A stretch of 64,000 bases of DNA from Candidatus Omnitrophota bacterium (GTDB taxonomy: Bacteria; Omnitrophota; Gorgyraeia; JAFGHF01): the NCBI GenBank assembly GCA_020341815.1, contig CP070837.1, positions 1,172,575 to 1,236,574 on the forward strand, read 5' to 3'. The notes beneath the pieces were generated by a model. The model worked only from the letters and a program-made list of their open reading frames with translations, had not been told where the DNA came from and ran no database searches. The translations under genes were made by a program, and so were the position numbers. Below are positions 1-12,000 of this stretch, piece by piece; positions within the stretch are counted from its first letter, which is position 1, and each line of letters begins with the position of its first letter.

Positions 1-1
1 T

Positions 2-3000
2 TATGAGAAGAAAATGAAGCATATAGACCCCTTGGCAGATAGACTGAATGGAAGGGACAATCTATTAACTATAGGCGATGTGCACGAAATTATTGATAAG
101 TTTGGAGTTGATGAAAGACTGTTTGGTTTGCATCCTGATAGGGCAAAAGAGCGAGAGCTTTTATTAAAGAAAGCCCATGTCATTTCAGGCGCGGAGAGCA
201 AGAAAGAGTTTACTGCACAGCAATTAAATAGCGCTAAAATAGATAGAATTGGTATAGATGCTCTTCTTTTCCCAAATAGAAAAGTCAGAAAACATTTCTT
301 TGATGCCGACAGAGATTTATTTTATCCAATTGTTATTGGTAAGACAAAAGAAGAGTTAAAGATTACGTTAGTGGAAAAACATCAAATTTCTCAAGATTCT
401 GTGTCTGAAGCAGTCAATAAATTATTTAAAGGCAGAAATAATGATAAATGGAATGAGGAGTTGGAGCAGCTTTCGGCATCTCTTAAAAAGACTTATGCTT
501 CTCCTAAAGAATTATGGTTTGCTGTGGAGAGAGAAGCTATAGAAAAATTAATAGCATTAGGCGATAGCATTGAAAAGTTGAATAGGAACATTTCGAATAA
601 AGAATTAAGTGTTTATATAAACGCCTATTTTGGCGAAGAAGTAAATGTGCCTATAAATTATGATAGATTGAGAAGGATAATTGTTGGCGCAAATAAAGGT
701 TATCCTAAGATTGTAAAAGAAGTTGAGGAAATACATCTTCCGCATCTTCGGGAAGATTTTAAAATGGTTGATACGAATGCATACAAAGTGCAGGTTGAGC
801 CAGTATTTGCCAGACCAGGAGAAATGGTAAGAAACGGAAACGCTATGTCGGAATCAACTATTCTGGCAGAAAACTTGTTCGGCTTTATAATAAACATAAG
901 GTCATTTAAGCCCCGCACGGGTTACTATAAACGCTATCAAGGTTCTTTTGATTTCCCGCATGAAGGGGGGCATATAAAAACACATTTATTAACTGGATTG
1001 GGTCAAGATATTCGTAAGGAATTATATAAGAACGATGGCCTTGATATTCTTTATGGAAAAGGCGCAACAAAAGAACTTTTAACTTCAGAGGGCGAATGGA
1101 AGTATGATTTGTCATTTGGCGGCAATCATTCTATGAATGAAATGCTGGCAACAATTTATGGTTTAAGATATGTAGCCAGATATTTTCCTAATGTTAAAGA
1201 TCCAGAACTGCTTTGGATTATTAAAAATTTGACTGGTAGAGAAAGTAGCGATTTAAATCTTGCGATACTTTCAGAAATGCCATATAAAGACTTGAAATAT
1301 GAAATTGAATCAGCAAGAGAAGATTTAAGAGTTTCAGAAAAAGATAATGTCTATAAGAAATTTGAAGAAACAGGCAAAGGTAAGGTTGGCGGCAGTTATA
1401 TTAGCACGATGCATGCAGTTCCAGAGTTTAGAAAAGACTTAGTTGGGAAAATAAAAAGAGATTTTAAAGATGGCCGCATTCTTTCTATCGGTTGTGGTGA
1501 GGGTACGCTTGAACAGGAAATACAGGAACAAGGAATTAATGTAATCGGCATTGAGCCCAAAGAAGGCCTGGCCAAGGCAGCTAAAGAAAAAGGAATCGAT
1601 GTAGTAGTGGTGCCAGAAAAACGCAGTTATGTGTTACCGTTTAGGGGAGAATCATTTGATGCAGTAGTTCTCTCAGAAGTTACAGAACATCTGGATAATA
1701 TCATGTTTGTAGAAATTAATCGCGTATTAAAAGCGGACGGAAAGATCTACATCGCTACAAATAATGATGATGACCCTACAATAATGGCAAAAAGAGTAAT
1801 ACAGACTCAGCAAAGTGATGAAGAATTTAAGTTGATATTGGAGAATACAGGTTTTTCCAGTATAAAGATTAATAAATCACAAGGCAAGAATGAAGACTTG
1901 GGAGAATGCCGCATGACCTTTATTGAAGCTCAAAAGACTGCTTCATTGTTGCCACAGATAAAAGTCGGCACTATAATTCCGGTTGAACAGGATGGCAAGA
2001 GAGGGTTTGTTAAGGTGGTAAGTATTGATGAGAATGGAAAGATAAAATTTGAGCCGGTGGAATTACCTGAATTAAAGTTAGTTTATAGTAAGGAGACAGA
2101 AGAAGTAAGCCTCAAGCTTAATGGGGATTCCTCCAAGCCCGTTTCTCTGGCAGAGCTGAGGAACTATACTGCGGATAACGCCTATCCTTTAGCAGTTGAT
2201 GGCACGAGCCTACCTATATATTGTAGTGGTAATACGATATATGCGCTAGTTAATAATGAGTGGACAGAAGCATTGAATATACCTGCGCAGCCGGAGGAAA
2301 AAGAATTTGCCAAGGCTGCTACTAAGACGGCTCAAGACACTAAGTCTCAAGGCAGGCAGACAACTTTAGAAAAAGATTCTGGCCAAACCAAGCTCGGGTA
2401 TAAGCGGTGGACTGATGAACAACTAAAAGAGTTTGGCGAGGTGTTCGAGAAAATTCATGCCAATGCAGAGAAGAGGAATAGGAGTGCGGAAAAAGAGACC
2501 GGAGAGATTCAAGCTATTGCGCCTGAGCAAGGGGAGCCAGTTGTTGAGTTCTCTTCCGATGGAGGAAAGACATGGAGCGTTGTTGGGAATCCCAAAACTT
2601 CAGATGATAATCAGGAAGAGACGCCCAGCTCGCCTATAGATAATACCCAGCGCGAAGAGGAAAGAATGCCGGTTAGAGTGCCCGATAACAATATTGCCAG
2701 CTCCGCTCCAACGGCGCAGAGCCAGCGGCTTGCTATGGCAAATACAGGCAACGCAGAATTAAACCCTGAATATGCAGATCAGCTTCCTTATATAATTAGA
2801 CAACAGCAGGCGAACAGTCCTTATGGTAGTTCGCCATCTATCAGAGGGGCGCCGAAGCAGTCTCTGGACGCTTCCACCTTATTGGGAGCTAACCAGGGCG
2901 ATGTTAAATACGCGAATAAGGAATATGCGCGAGAAACAGGCTCTGGCGGTTCAGGCATAGGCGCAAGCAGCGCTGTCGGAACCAAAGGCCAGGGTGGGCA

Positions 3001-6000
3001 GGAAGTAGAAAAGACCTTTGAACAGCTTCGAATTGAAGCATTTAAAGTTGTAAGCGGAGTAGATTACCCTAGATGGCTGCCTGTTATTGTACCAAGACAA
3101 ACATCAAAGGTGCCTTCTAAAGAACCTGAGCAGCAAACCCAAGGTTTGCCCAATTCCAACGCTGGTAAATCTCAAAAGGGCTCTTCTCCAGCTATTATAG
3201 CTGAAGACCAAGTCCTATACGGTCCATCTGTCTTAAAACTTGGCAATAAAGTAGCAGAAGAACCTATCCGTAAGGCTATACAGGATTGGACCAGCTGCTT
3301 GATTCGCGGCCCGGCAACAATCCAGAAATTAGCTGAACGGATTTCGTCTGTCTTTAATCAAGAACCCACAACTGCAGAACCCTCTGCAAATGTGGGTCTT
3401 TTTGTGTCTGATAATGGCATAAGCAACCGGGGCGGGAATTCTTCCGCCGCCTCGGAGTTTTCTGCCCCGGTTGATGCCATTAAACATTTCGGCGTAACAG
3501 AGATCTCCTCTACCAACTCCTCCTCCCCCGCCCTGCAGACCTTGAAGAAAAGCTTTATAATGAAGCTGACAACCGGACTTATCGCTCTATGCATCGGCAC
3601 CAGCTTAGGAACATTCCTTAGCAACTCTGCGGTAGCAGCAGCCAGCCGCACTAAGGAAACGACAGAGATGCATTCTGAGGTTTCAGGTTCCATCTTGGCT
3701 CTTCAGAATAGACTATGGAGAGTGGATACCTTAATAACATATCTGGAGAATAAGGAAGCTTATGATGAAGAAGAGATAAAAGGAATAAGAGACTATTACA
3801 TAAACGTATTATTAGAAGATGTATTAGAGAAGGATGAAGAAACCAAGGAATACTTTAAGAAAAAGGTAAGAGGCTTAACTTACGATATACAAGGGTGGAG
3901 ATTCTACAGCCCTACCTTACCACACGAGAAAAAGGTATCTCTGCAGAGAGAAGCCAGGGCATTCATAGAGTTTATAAATGAGTATTTTGAGGTCTCTCCG
4001 GAAAAGAGTGATGCCGCCAGGGTAGAAAAATTTATTGGAGAAAAAGACCCCGAACCCGGAAAGATAGAACAGATAGGGTTGCTGACGAAAATAAAAGCCT
4101 ACCGCGATAGTATTGCCTCAAGAATACCCGAACAGGAAGAAGACCAGCCGGAGAAGCCAGCGGCAGAACAGACAGAGCCGGTAAAACAAACAACAGAAGT
4201 TGAGCAGCAAGAGCAGCAGTCTGAGAAGACAGAAGAAAAGACCGAAACAGAGCCCACAGAAGGCAAGGCTGAAGAGCCAACATCCGAGCCCGTTAAAGAG
4301 AAGCCAGCCACTACCAAGAGCAGCAGGAAGGCGCCAACTTCCCAGAGACTATACGCCCGTCCCACATGGGAAGCCGGTGAAACTCCCGATACGGTTATTT
4401 ATAGACCTGGAAACTATAAAAAAGACGGCCCGGATAGTAACGCCAATGGCTACACGGACAACACCTTAGAGGATGCCGCGCGACAGGTAACGGAATCAGA
4501 AGGAGACGAGCCTACTGTGCATGGGGTTGGCAGAAGGGCGCTTAAGATAGCAGAAGAGAATAACATTTCCGATCCAAACCTTATTTATCCTAAACAAGGA
4601 ATCATTATTCAAACAACCCCTGAAGCAGTAGAGAAGCTTACAGGAAAAACAGCCGACTCTCAAGCCGATGATACAACAGAAGGTACCGAAAAAGATCAGG
4701 ATGAGACAGAAGAGCTGACAGAAGAAGAAATCAAAGAGACAGCTGCCAAATTTGGCAAACTGGTTCAAAATCTTAATCAGAATAATATAGACAACATAGA
4801 GATTGACCTTAATAGCCTCTCCCCCGAGCTTAAAAAAGCCTTATCCAAGGAAATTAAGGAATGGCAGAAAGCAATAGATGAAGCTAAGCAGAAGATCCAG
4901 CAGGAAAACACTACCAAAGAAATTAAAAGCTGGATAAAAACAGGCCTTAACCCGGACAACGCCAACTTAGGCGAGACCAAGAGAAACATTCTAAAAACAA
5001 TTAAGAACTCCAGGTTACCCAAAGATATTAAAGACAAACTCACAGAAGAAACAAACGCCCAGTATAAAGAAGCTTCCACGCTTCGGTTAGAAGGCAGGAT
5101 AAAACCTATCGTAATCACATTTTGTAAGCTTGCAGGGATAGCAGTAGCCTTGATTTTGGCAGTGATCGGCTTATTTAAGCTGGCTAGAGCGCGCTTTGGC
5201 AAGAAAAACTTTCCACCGTTAACTGCAAATGCACCCCAGGCCAAGAATGAACCGAAATTCCAACTTCCCGACCTGCAGGCAAAGAAGAAGCTTGCGCAGA
5301 AGGGTCTAATTTTAGGCTTTATAGCTATTCTGCTTGGTCTGCCGATAATGCTTGGAGTGCTACCTCCGATGGAAGTGTTTGGTGCAAATCTTGGCCTTCT
5401 CCTGACAGCGGCGGGCCTGACTGTGACTATGTTGACGATATGTATATCAAGACAGTCCAAACTCGGAACATTAAGCCTGGGCAAGAGCAAGAAGGAAAAA
5501 GCTCAGCCATCCGAAAGTAAAACATCCGAGAATAAGGATAAAGCCGATACAAAGAAGAAAGAAGCAAAGTCAAAAATTTCCAAAGTACAAACAAAGAAAA
5601 GCCGGAAGGCCAAAGTTCTGATTGCCGGCCTATCCGCAACAGGTATTGCGCTTACTATCTGGGCAATCGATGTAGCCAATAAGATAACTAATAAATTAGA
5701 TAATGTTGGTATATTGCTGGCAGCAGCTGGTCTGGCAATAATACTTAGCGGCCTGCTAATCCTTAAGCTTAAGAAGCTTAAGGCAAGACAGCCTAAAGTA
5801 ATAAGCTTAAACATAGAGCCAGGCAAAGGAAAGTCCAAAGACAAAATAGACGGCCAGTCATTGCAAGAGAAAAAAGCCTTATTGCTCAGCAAAGGGTTAA
5901 CTCAAGATTATGTGAATAGTTTAAAAGAGGATAAATTAGAAAAGATAATTAAGCAATATGAGCAATGGGAAGGCGCATTAAAGAATGTAATTCAACAATT

Positions 6001-9000
6001 GAAAGATTTAAATGCAGAGGATTATGATTTGACAGCTGTTATAGGACAATTAGAACAACTATTATCAGTTGTTGGGACATATTCTCAAGGGGATGTTGTA
6101 AAGACACTTATTAACATATTGAATTTTGTATTTTTCGATAAAGGAAAGAATGCCGCGGCCGATAAAGCATATATTATCCTTAAGGATTATATCGAAGACT
6201 TTGGTAAAGGGGAAGTTTTTGAGCCTCAAATAGGAATGCTTTTTGATAAGGCTGTATGGGGAAAAATGGAGTGTGTTTATGCCTCAGAATCGGCTAAACA
6301 AGGGAGAAAAGAGGGCAAGATTTCATTAATAGGAGAAGTTGTCAGCTTAGGCTTCTTGATTATGAGAGAGATTAGGAATGCAAAAGGAAAACTTATAAAA
6401 GTCAAGCAAGTTGCTATTGTTCCGGCAAAAGTCAAATGTGTATCTTCCGAAGAATTAAAGCAGCCCGAGAAAAAGGATAGCAAAGAAAAATCCGAATTTA
6501 AATTCACAGCTAATAATAAAGAAGACAATATCCCCTTCCCAGCTAAAAGAAAATCAGGGGAAGCCTCAGGAGATGCTCAAACAGACAAAACATCCGAGCC
6601 CGAGGAAGAGGAAAAATCCGATACATCAGAACCAGAGGAAAAGCTTCCAGATAAGGAAGGCAGCACAGATAAGCCAAACGAAGAAATAGAGAATAAGCCA
6701 TCCGAAGACAAAATAGAGAATGCTGAAGAAGAAAAGGGAACCTCAGAAGATCCTCAAACAGACAAAAAATCCGAGAATAAGGAAGAAAAGGGAACTGCCG
6801 GAACCGATACATCAAAATTAAAGATTTCCAAAGCAGATAGAACTGAAAAGGAATGGAATGAGCTTGCAAAGCGCAAGGGCCTTTCGATTAGTTTATTCGA
6901 TTCAAATGGAGATAGGCCCGAGGAAGAGAAAGAATCCGATACAGCAGAACCAGAGGAAGAGCTTTCAGGCAAGGGAGATAGTACAGATAAAGTCGATCAG
7001 CCAGAACAAAAAATAGAGAAAGAGCTTTCAGGCAAAGAAGGCAGTGAAGAAATAGCATCCGAAGGCGAAGAAGAGGATGCTAAAGAAGAAAAGAGAGCCT
7101 CGGAAGATCCTCAAGCAGACAAAAAAACCGAATTTAAATTCACAATTAATGAGATAAAACCCTTCTCCTTCCTACCTAAAGAAGAATCAGATAATAAGCC
7201 AGGTGAAGAGAAATCCGAAGAAGGGGACTCAAAAGAACAGCTCCAAGACAAAGAAGAAAAGCCATCAGCAGAAATAACTAAAGACTTGAAAGAACAAAAT
7301 GGCAGGAAAGATATTATAAAGCAAGGCAATAAAAAACGAGTAAAAAAGAAACAAAAGAAAACTTCTTCTAAAACTTGGAAGAAAATAATAATTATTCTAG
7401 CCCTTATCCCAGCAATAATTATAGGTTTTGTTCAATACATTGCCTTAGAAGCCCCAGCTTCAATCGTTAATCCTTTAAATAAAAGAATCGAAGTTGGGAT
7501 AGAAAAACCGAACTTACCTATGTCTAGGCGCTTTTTAACAGCGGTAGATGATAAGGAAGAAAATGACCCTCTCGATAATGATATAGAGGACCTTTTTGGC
7601 CAGGAAGAACAAAATCTGATAGTTCGGCCTTTATCCCGGGAATTAAATCCCAATAACCTTTTAGCCTTTACCGAATCGCAATTTAATAAATCTCATAGCC
7701 CGAAGGTTATACAGATTGGAAAGAAGATAAAGGTAGCAGGATTGCACGATATACCCGGGGGAGATTACTATGAGGCATTGGAATATGGATTTGAGATGGA
7801 CGGTAGATATGTATTATTTAATGGTGAAATTCACCGTATTGTAGGCGATGATATTTATAATGACGGTAGGCTTGTAGGTAGTATTAGCGAAGACTATCTT
7901 TCCGATGGAGAACTTAATAATACAGCAATTCCAGACATAGTCGGGCTAACTGACCTTGAGGGGTCGATATTAGAAAAATTAATAAAGGATGATAAGATTT
8001 CTATTGTTTTTGCAGTCGGCCGTGACGACAGCATATATTCTTCTATTGTTGATGACGATATGATTATTAGAGGTCCGAAACCGGACTTTGAAGATTATCA
8101 AGATATAGTTATAATCAATGGCAGGCCGATAGAAGTAAAAATAAGATTAGTTTTTTCCATAACGGCTTTCTTGGATAGTTTGAATAAATTTGAAGTTATA
8201 TATGTTTTCTCTCATTCCCGATGCGGCTTAGGATTCCATTTTTATAATGATAAACATCCTGTATATATGAATCGGGGCAGAAAAATAAATAGTCAACAAA
8301 AGGTAATCGGAATAAAAAGCAATAGTATATATCTGGAAAGCTATCTTAAGCATGGTATCATCTCAAAGGATAGAATCGTAGGAAAAACAGAGAACGGATA
8401 TACTCTAATTAGCGTAAACGATTCAGATTTAACTAAAGTTGTTCCTTACAAGGGCTATCAGCTTATAATAGCAGATTCCTGTAAAAGCAGGAAACACTTC
8501 TTAGATGATTTGAAACGTTTGAGAAAAGGCTTGCCCACCAGCTTCATTCTGAGCCAAGACGATAGTCAGGCCACGGGCAATTTTGATCAGGTTGTAGGAA
8601 TTATTTTTACAGGAGGAGACGTCGATACATTAGTAAACCAGATTAATTATAGAGAAGGCAAAGAGATATGGGATTATTATGAAATAGAAGAGACTATGGA
8701 TGTTAGTGATGGCAAGAGTGACCGGGGTAGGGCTTCTTCCGCCGCCTCGGAACCTGTCCCGGTTACTGCCATTTTCCCTAACTCCACTATCGAAGATACA
8801 TACGGCTCAGTGGTTGTGGTGAAAGGAGATTCAGTGCCGCTGAATGACCAGCCCAATAGAGATTTAGCCTCTTCACCTGCAACAGAGGCAGTTGCGGATA
8901 AGGTGCAACCGCAGGAAGAGATTCTGAGGGTTTCTGCTGAAGATAGAACAGAGTTTGATGCATTAAAGGCATATTACCGTGCTTTAGTTGAGGCAAGAGA

Positions 9001-12000
9001 ACAGGCTGAAACGGATGCAGGTGCCTGGGAGACGATAAGCGATATAGCATATAATATCTATTATAACCTGGTTGTCAAATGGAGAGATAATACGAATAAT
9101 AGAACCTTACATGTAGTCGGTAAAAGCTTAGATCATGGCTTCTTAAGAGAAATAGAATTGAGAAATAGAACATCAGGAGTAGTTAGCAAGTATGATGTTT
9201 ATACTCGTAGAGCTAAGGCTTTAAAGAATCCTGCTTCTGAAGAAGAGCTTAATTCACATCTGAAAGAGCTGCGGGATAACACAGACCAGCTTATAACGTC
9301 TATGGTTTTAGTAATTGACTATTTAAGCCAGGATTATCTGCCAGCAAAGAATCAAACCGCAGAGCCCACGGATAAAAATAAGCTATTAGGGATGTATGGT
9401 AAAAAGGACACAGGGCTTTTGTTAAACCTACCTAAGATAGAGGAATCTTTAATTGCAGCAAGGGCATCTTCACCCGGAGCTAATCAGGAAGATTCAATTA
9501 CAGAAGCTTTGGCAAATAACGATTTTGATCCAGAATATCTTAACACGCTGTCTTTGCAAGAAAAAGAAGATATTTTAGCCAGAATGCAGAAATTCACCGC
9601 TCCGTTAAATGATCTTATTACCGATTTAGAAAATGAAAAGAAACAGCCCGAAGGATTGCTTAAGCAGCTTAAAAAATTAATTAAGAATTTCAGTAGCCCT
9701 GCCTTTGTTGTCGTTGAGCCGTTATTCGATTCTGTTGGTTCCATACTTGTAATGAGGGTTTCCTCCTCTCCGGCAACAGTGTCTCATGTGGAAGAGAGCG
9801 GAGGACAAGATAGCAACATAAATCCTATTACAGATGAACTTGAGAAACACATAAGGAACATAGTGGAAAAGATTAGAAAGGGAGAGTTGCCAAATTTAGA
9901 GGTAAAAGTCTCTAGCGAAGAAAGCGGAGGGCGTTCCTCTTCTCCGGTTAAAGGCCAGGAAAGATTGACAACAATGTTGATTAACTGGACAAAGGCAATG
10001 ATTCTTAGCCTATTCATAAAGGCGAAGCTGCGCAAGCTATTGTTAGACAGAGAGGCTCAAGGCAAGTTAAACCTTAGAAGTTTAATAATTAAATGGGGGG
10101 CGGGGATCCGCTGGTACATAGACAGGCTGAAAAAATCCACTGCGGGACCAAGAGGCAAGACCGGAGTAATACTTGTAATAGACAAAGAAAGACCAGGCCG
10201 ATTAAAAGATTTTAACAAAGGGGATATATTTGCAGGACAACTGAGCCTGCCGGTAGTGGTATTTTGTGCGCAGGCCTATGCAGAATACCTTAAGAAGACA
10301 GGGCTGGGAGCGTTTGTAAGCGGGGATAACCGCTTTTATTCCAAAGAATATGCGGATATGTTCAGCCGCGTATTGATAGGAAACGGCATAACCGTATATA
10401 GAGATAAGTACTTGCAAACCACACCAACGCCGGTAATATCCTATATGGCATTTTATTTTGAAGATGTAGACACAGGAGTGAGTGTAACAGCCAGCCATAA
10501 CCCGCCGGACCAAAACGCAATAAAGTCAGCTAACCGGGATGGAGGGGTGGACACGGATGAAAAGTCAGAGCAAATAGCAAATATAGCGAATGATATGTAC
10601 GCCCATCCCGATGACTATGCATTATATATTGGGGATGCTCGAAAGGCCAAAGAAGAGGATGCCTTAGAGATTTATTATGATAACTATATTAAAAAAGTTT
10701 TTGGCACTAAGTTTGCCCAGACATTGTCTAAAGCCCATAGGCAAAAAGGAAGCGAGTTTATTATAGATGGCTTGGGAGGAGTGGCCGGACGAGCAGCCGC
10801 ATACTATTTGAATCGGCTGTTTAATGGTAATAGCTGGAAAGACATTGTCACAGTATTAAATGCGAAAGCAGACCCGACAATGTTAGGGATACACAGGCCA
10901 GACCCCTCAAACCCCAAGACATTGGAGTATTCAGGAGTATTAGAGACATTGGCAGGGAATCCGAGCATATTGATGTCCGTGACAGCAGATATGGATGCAG
11001 ACCGCACGGGGCCGGCAGTAATTATACCGGAAAAAGATGTAGTCAAGGCAATGACGTTCGGCTTATTCGTGACTGAGATGAATTTCGAAGGCAAAAAGGT
11101 GCACATAGTGCGCTTTACGCCGAACCAGATATTCACCCTGTTGGCATACGAGAGGATATTGCAGGCCTTTGAGAAGTTAATAGGGACCAGGGATGTAGAT
11201 GAGATACTGCAGGCTATAAAAGATAAGAGAGTAGACCCCTCCAAGATACATGTAGTGATGTCACTGCCCACAACGAGGCTGATGTATGCATTGTGCAGAT
11301 TGTTTGGGGTAACCCTGCATTATACGGCAGTAGGATTTAAGAATTGCGGCAAGGTAGCGAAAAAGATAGAAGATGAAGACCCCGAAGCAATAGTGATAAT
11401 ATTAGCCGAAGAGAGTGGAGGAGCGATAATCGGTCCGTTAGAGCGGGGTGAAAAAGGAGAAGGCATACATAAAGATAAAGATACATTGGTGCTTGCATTT
11501 GGATTATTTGAGACAGCAGCCCGCTTAGCCTTAGAAGATAGCAGTATGCTTGAGTTCTATATAGAAATGGCCAGCCGATTGGGAGGGCTGTTCTATTATG
11601 CGCGAGTAGATGCTTACTTGCCGACACAGGAAAAGGCCGAAGAGATTAAGGATCCCCGGATAATACAAGAGGCAGCAGAAGCAAAACAGAGAGCGATAGG
11701 CGCCTTTATGGAATTAGAGAATAGTAACGAAAAACTAATTAATACTTTTGGTAAGGAAGATCTCCAATATGAAGAGGAAGAATTTACGGTACCCAATACC
11801 TTAATATTTATAAAGGAGGAGAATGAGTGGGTGCTGTTAGAGCCTCGAGGCAGAAGGCTCAAGTTTAGCGATAAGACCTCCTTGGAGATATTCCACTTGA
11901 CCGAAGGTGCAGGCGGCGGCCCTGTAATTACACTTTATGATACCGAAGGAAGGCTGCTCTACTGGACATTAATCAGGCCTTCGGGGACAGAGTCATTAAT

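Noticed and set aside
2549-2578. Asp-box motif FSSDGGKTWS
   Set aside because: Single copy in a linker; not enough to call a sialidase/BNR propeller
3442-3457. CCGCC loop as an RfaH ops site
   Set aside because: ops (GGCGGTAG) must be on the non-template strand; here only a partial complement is present
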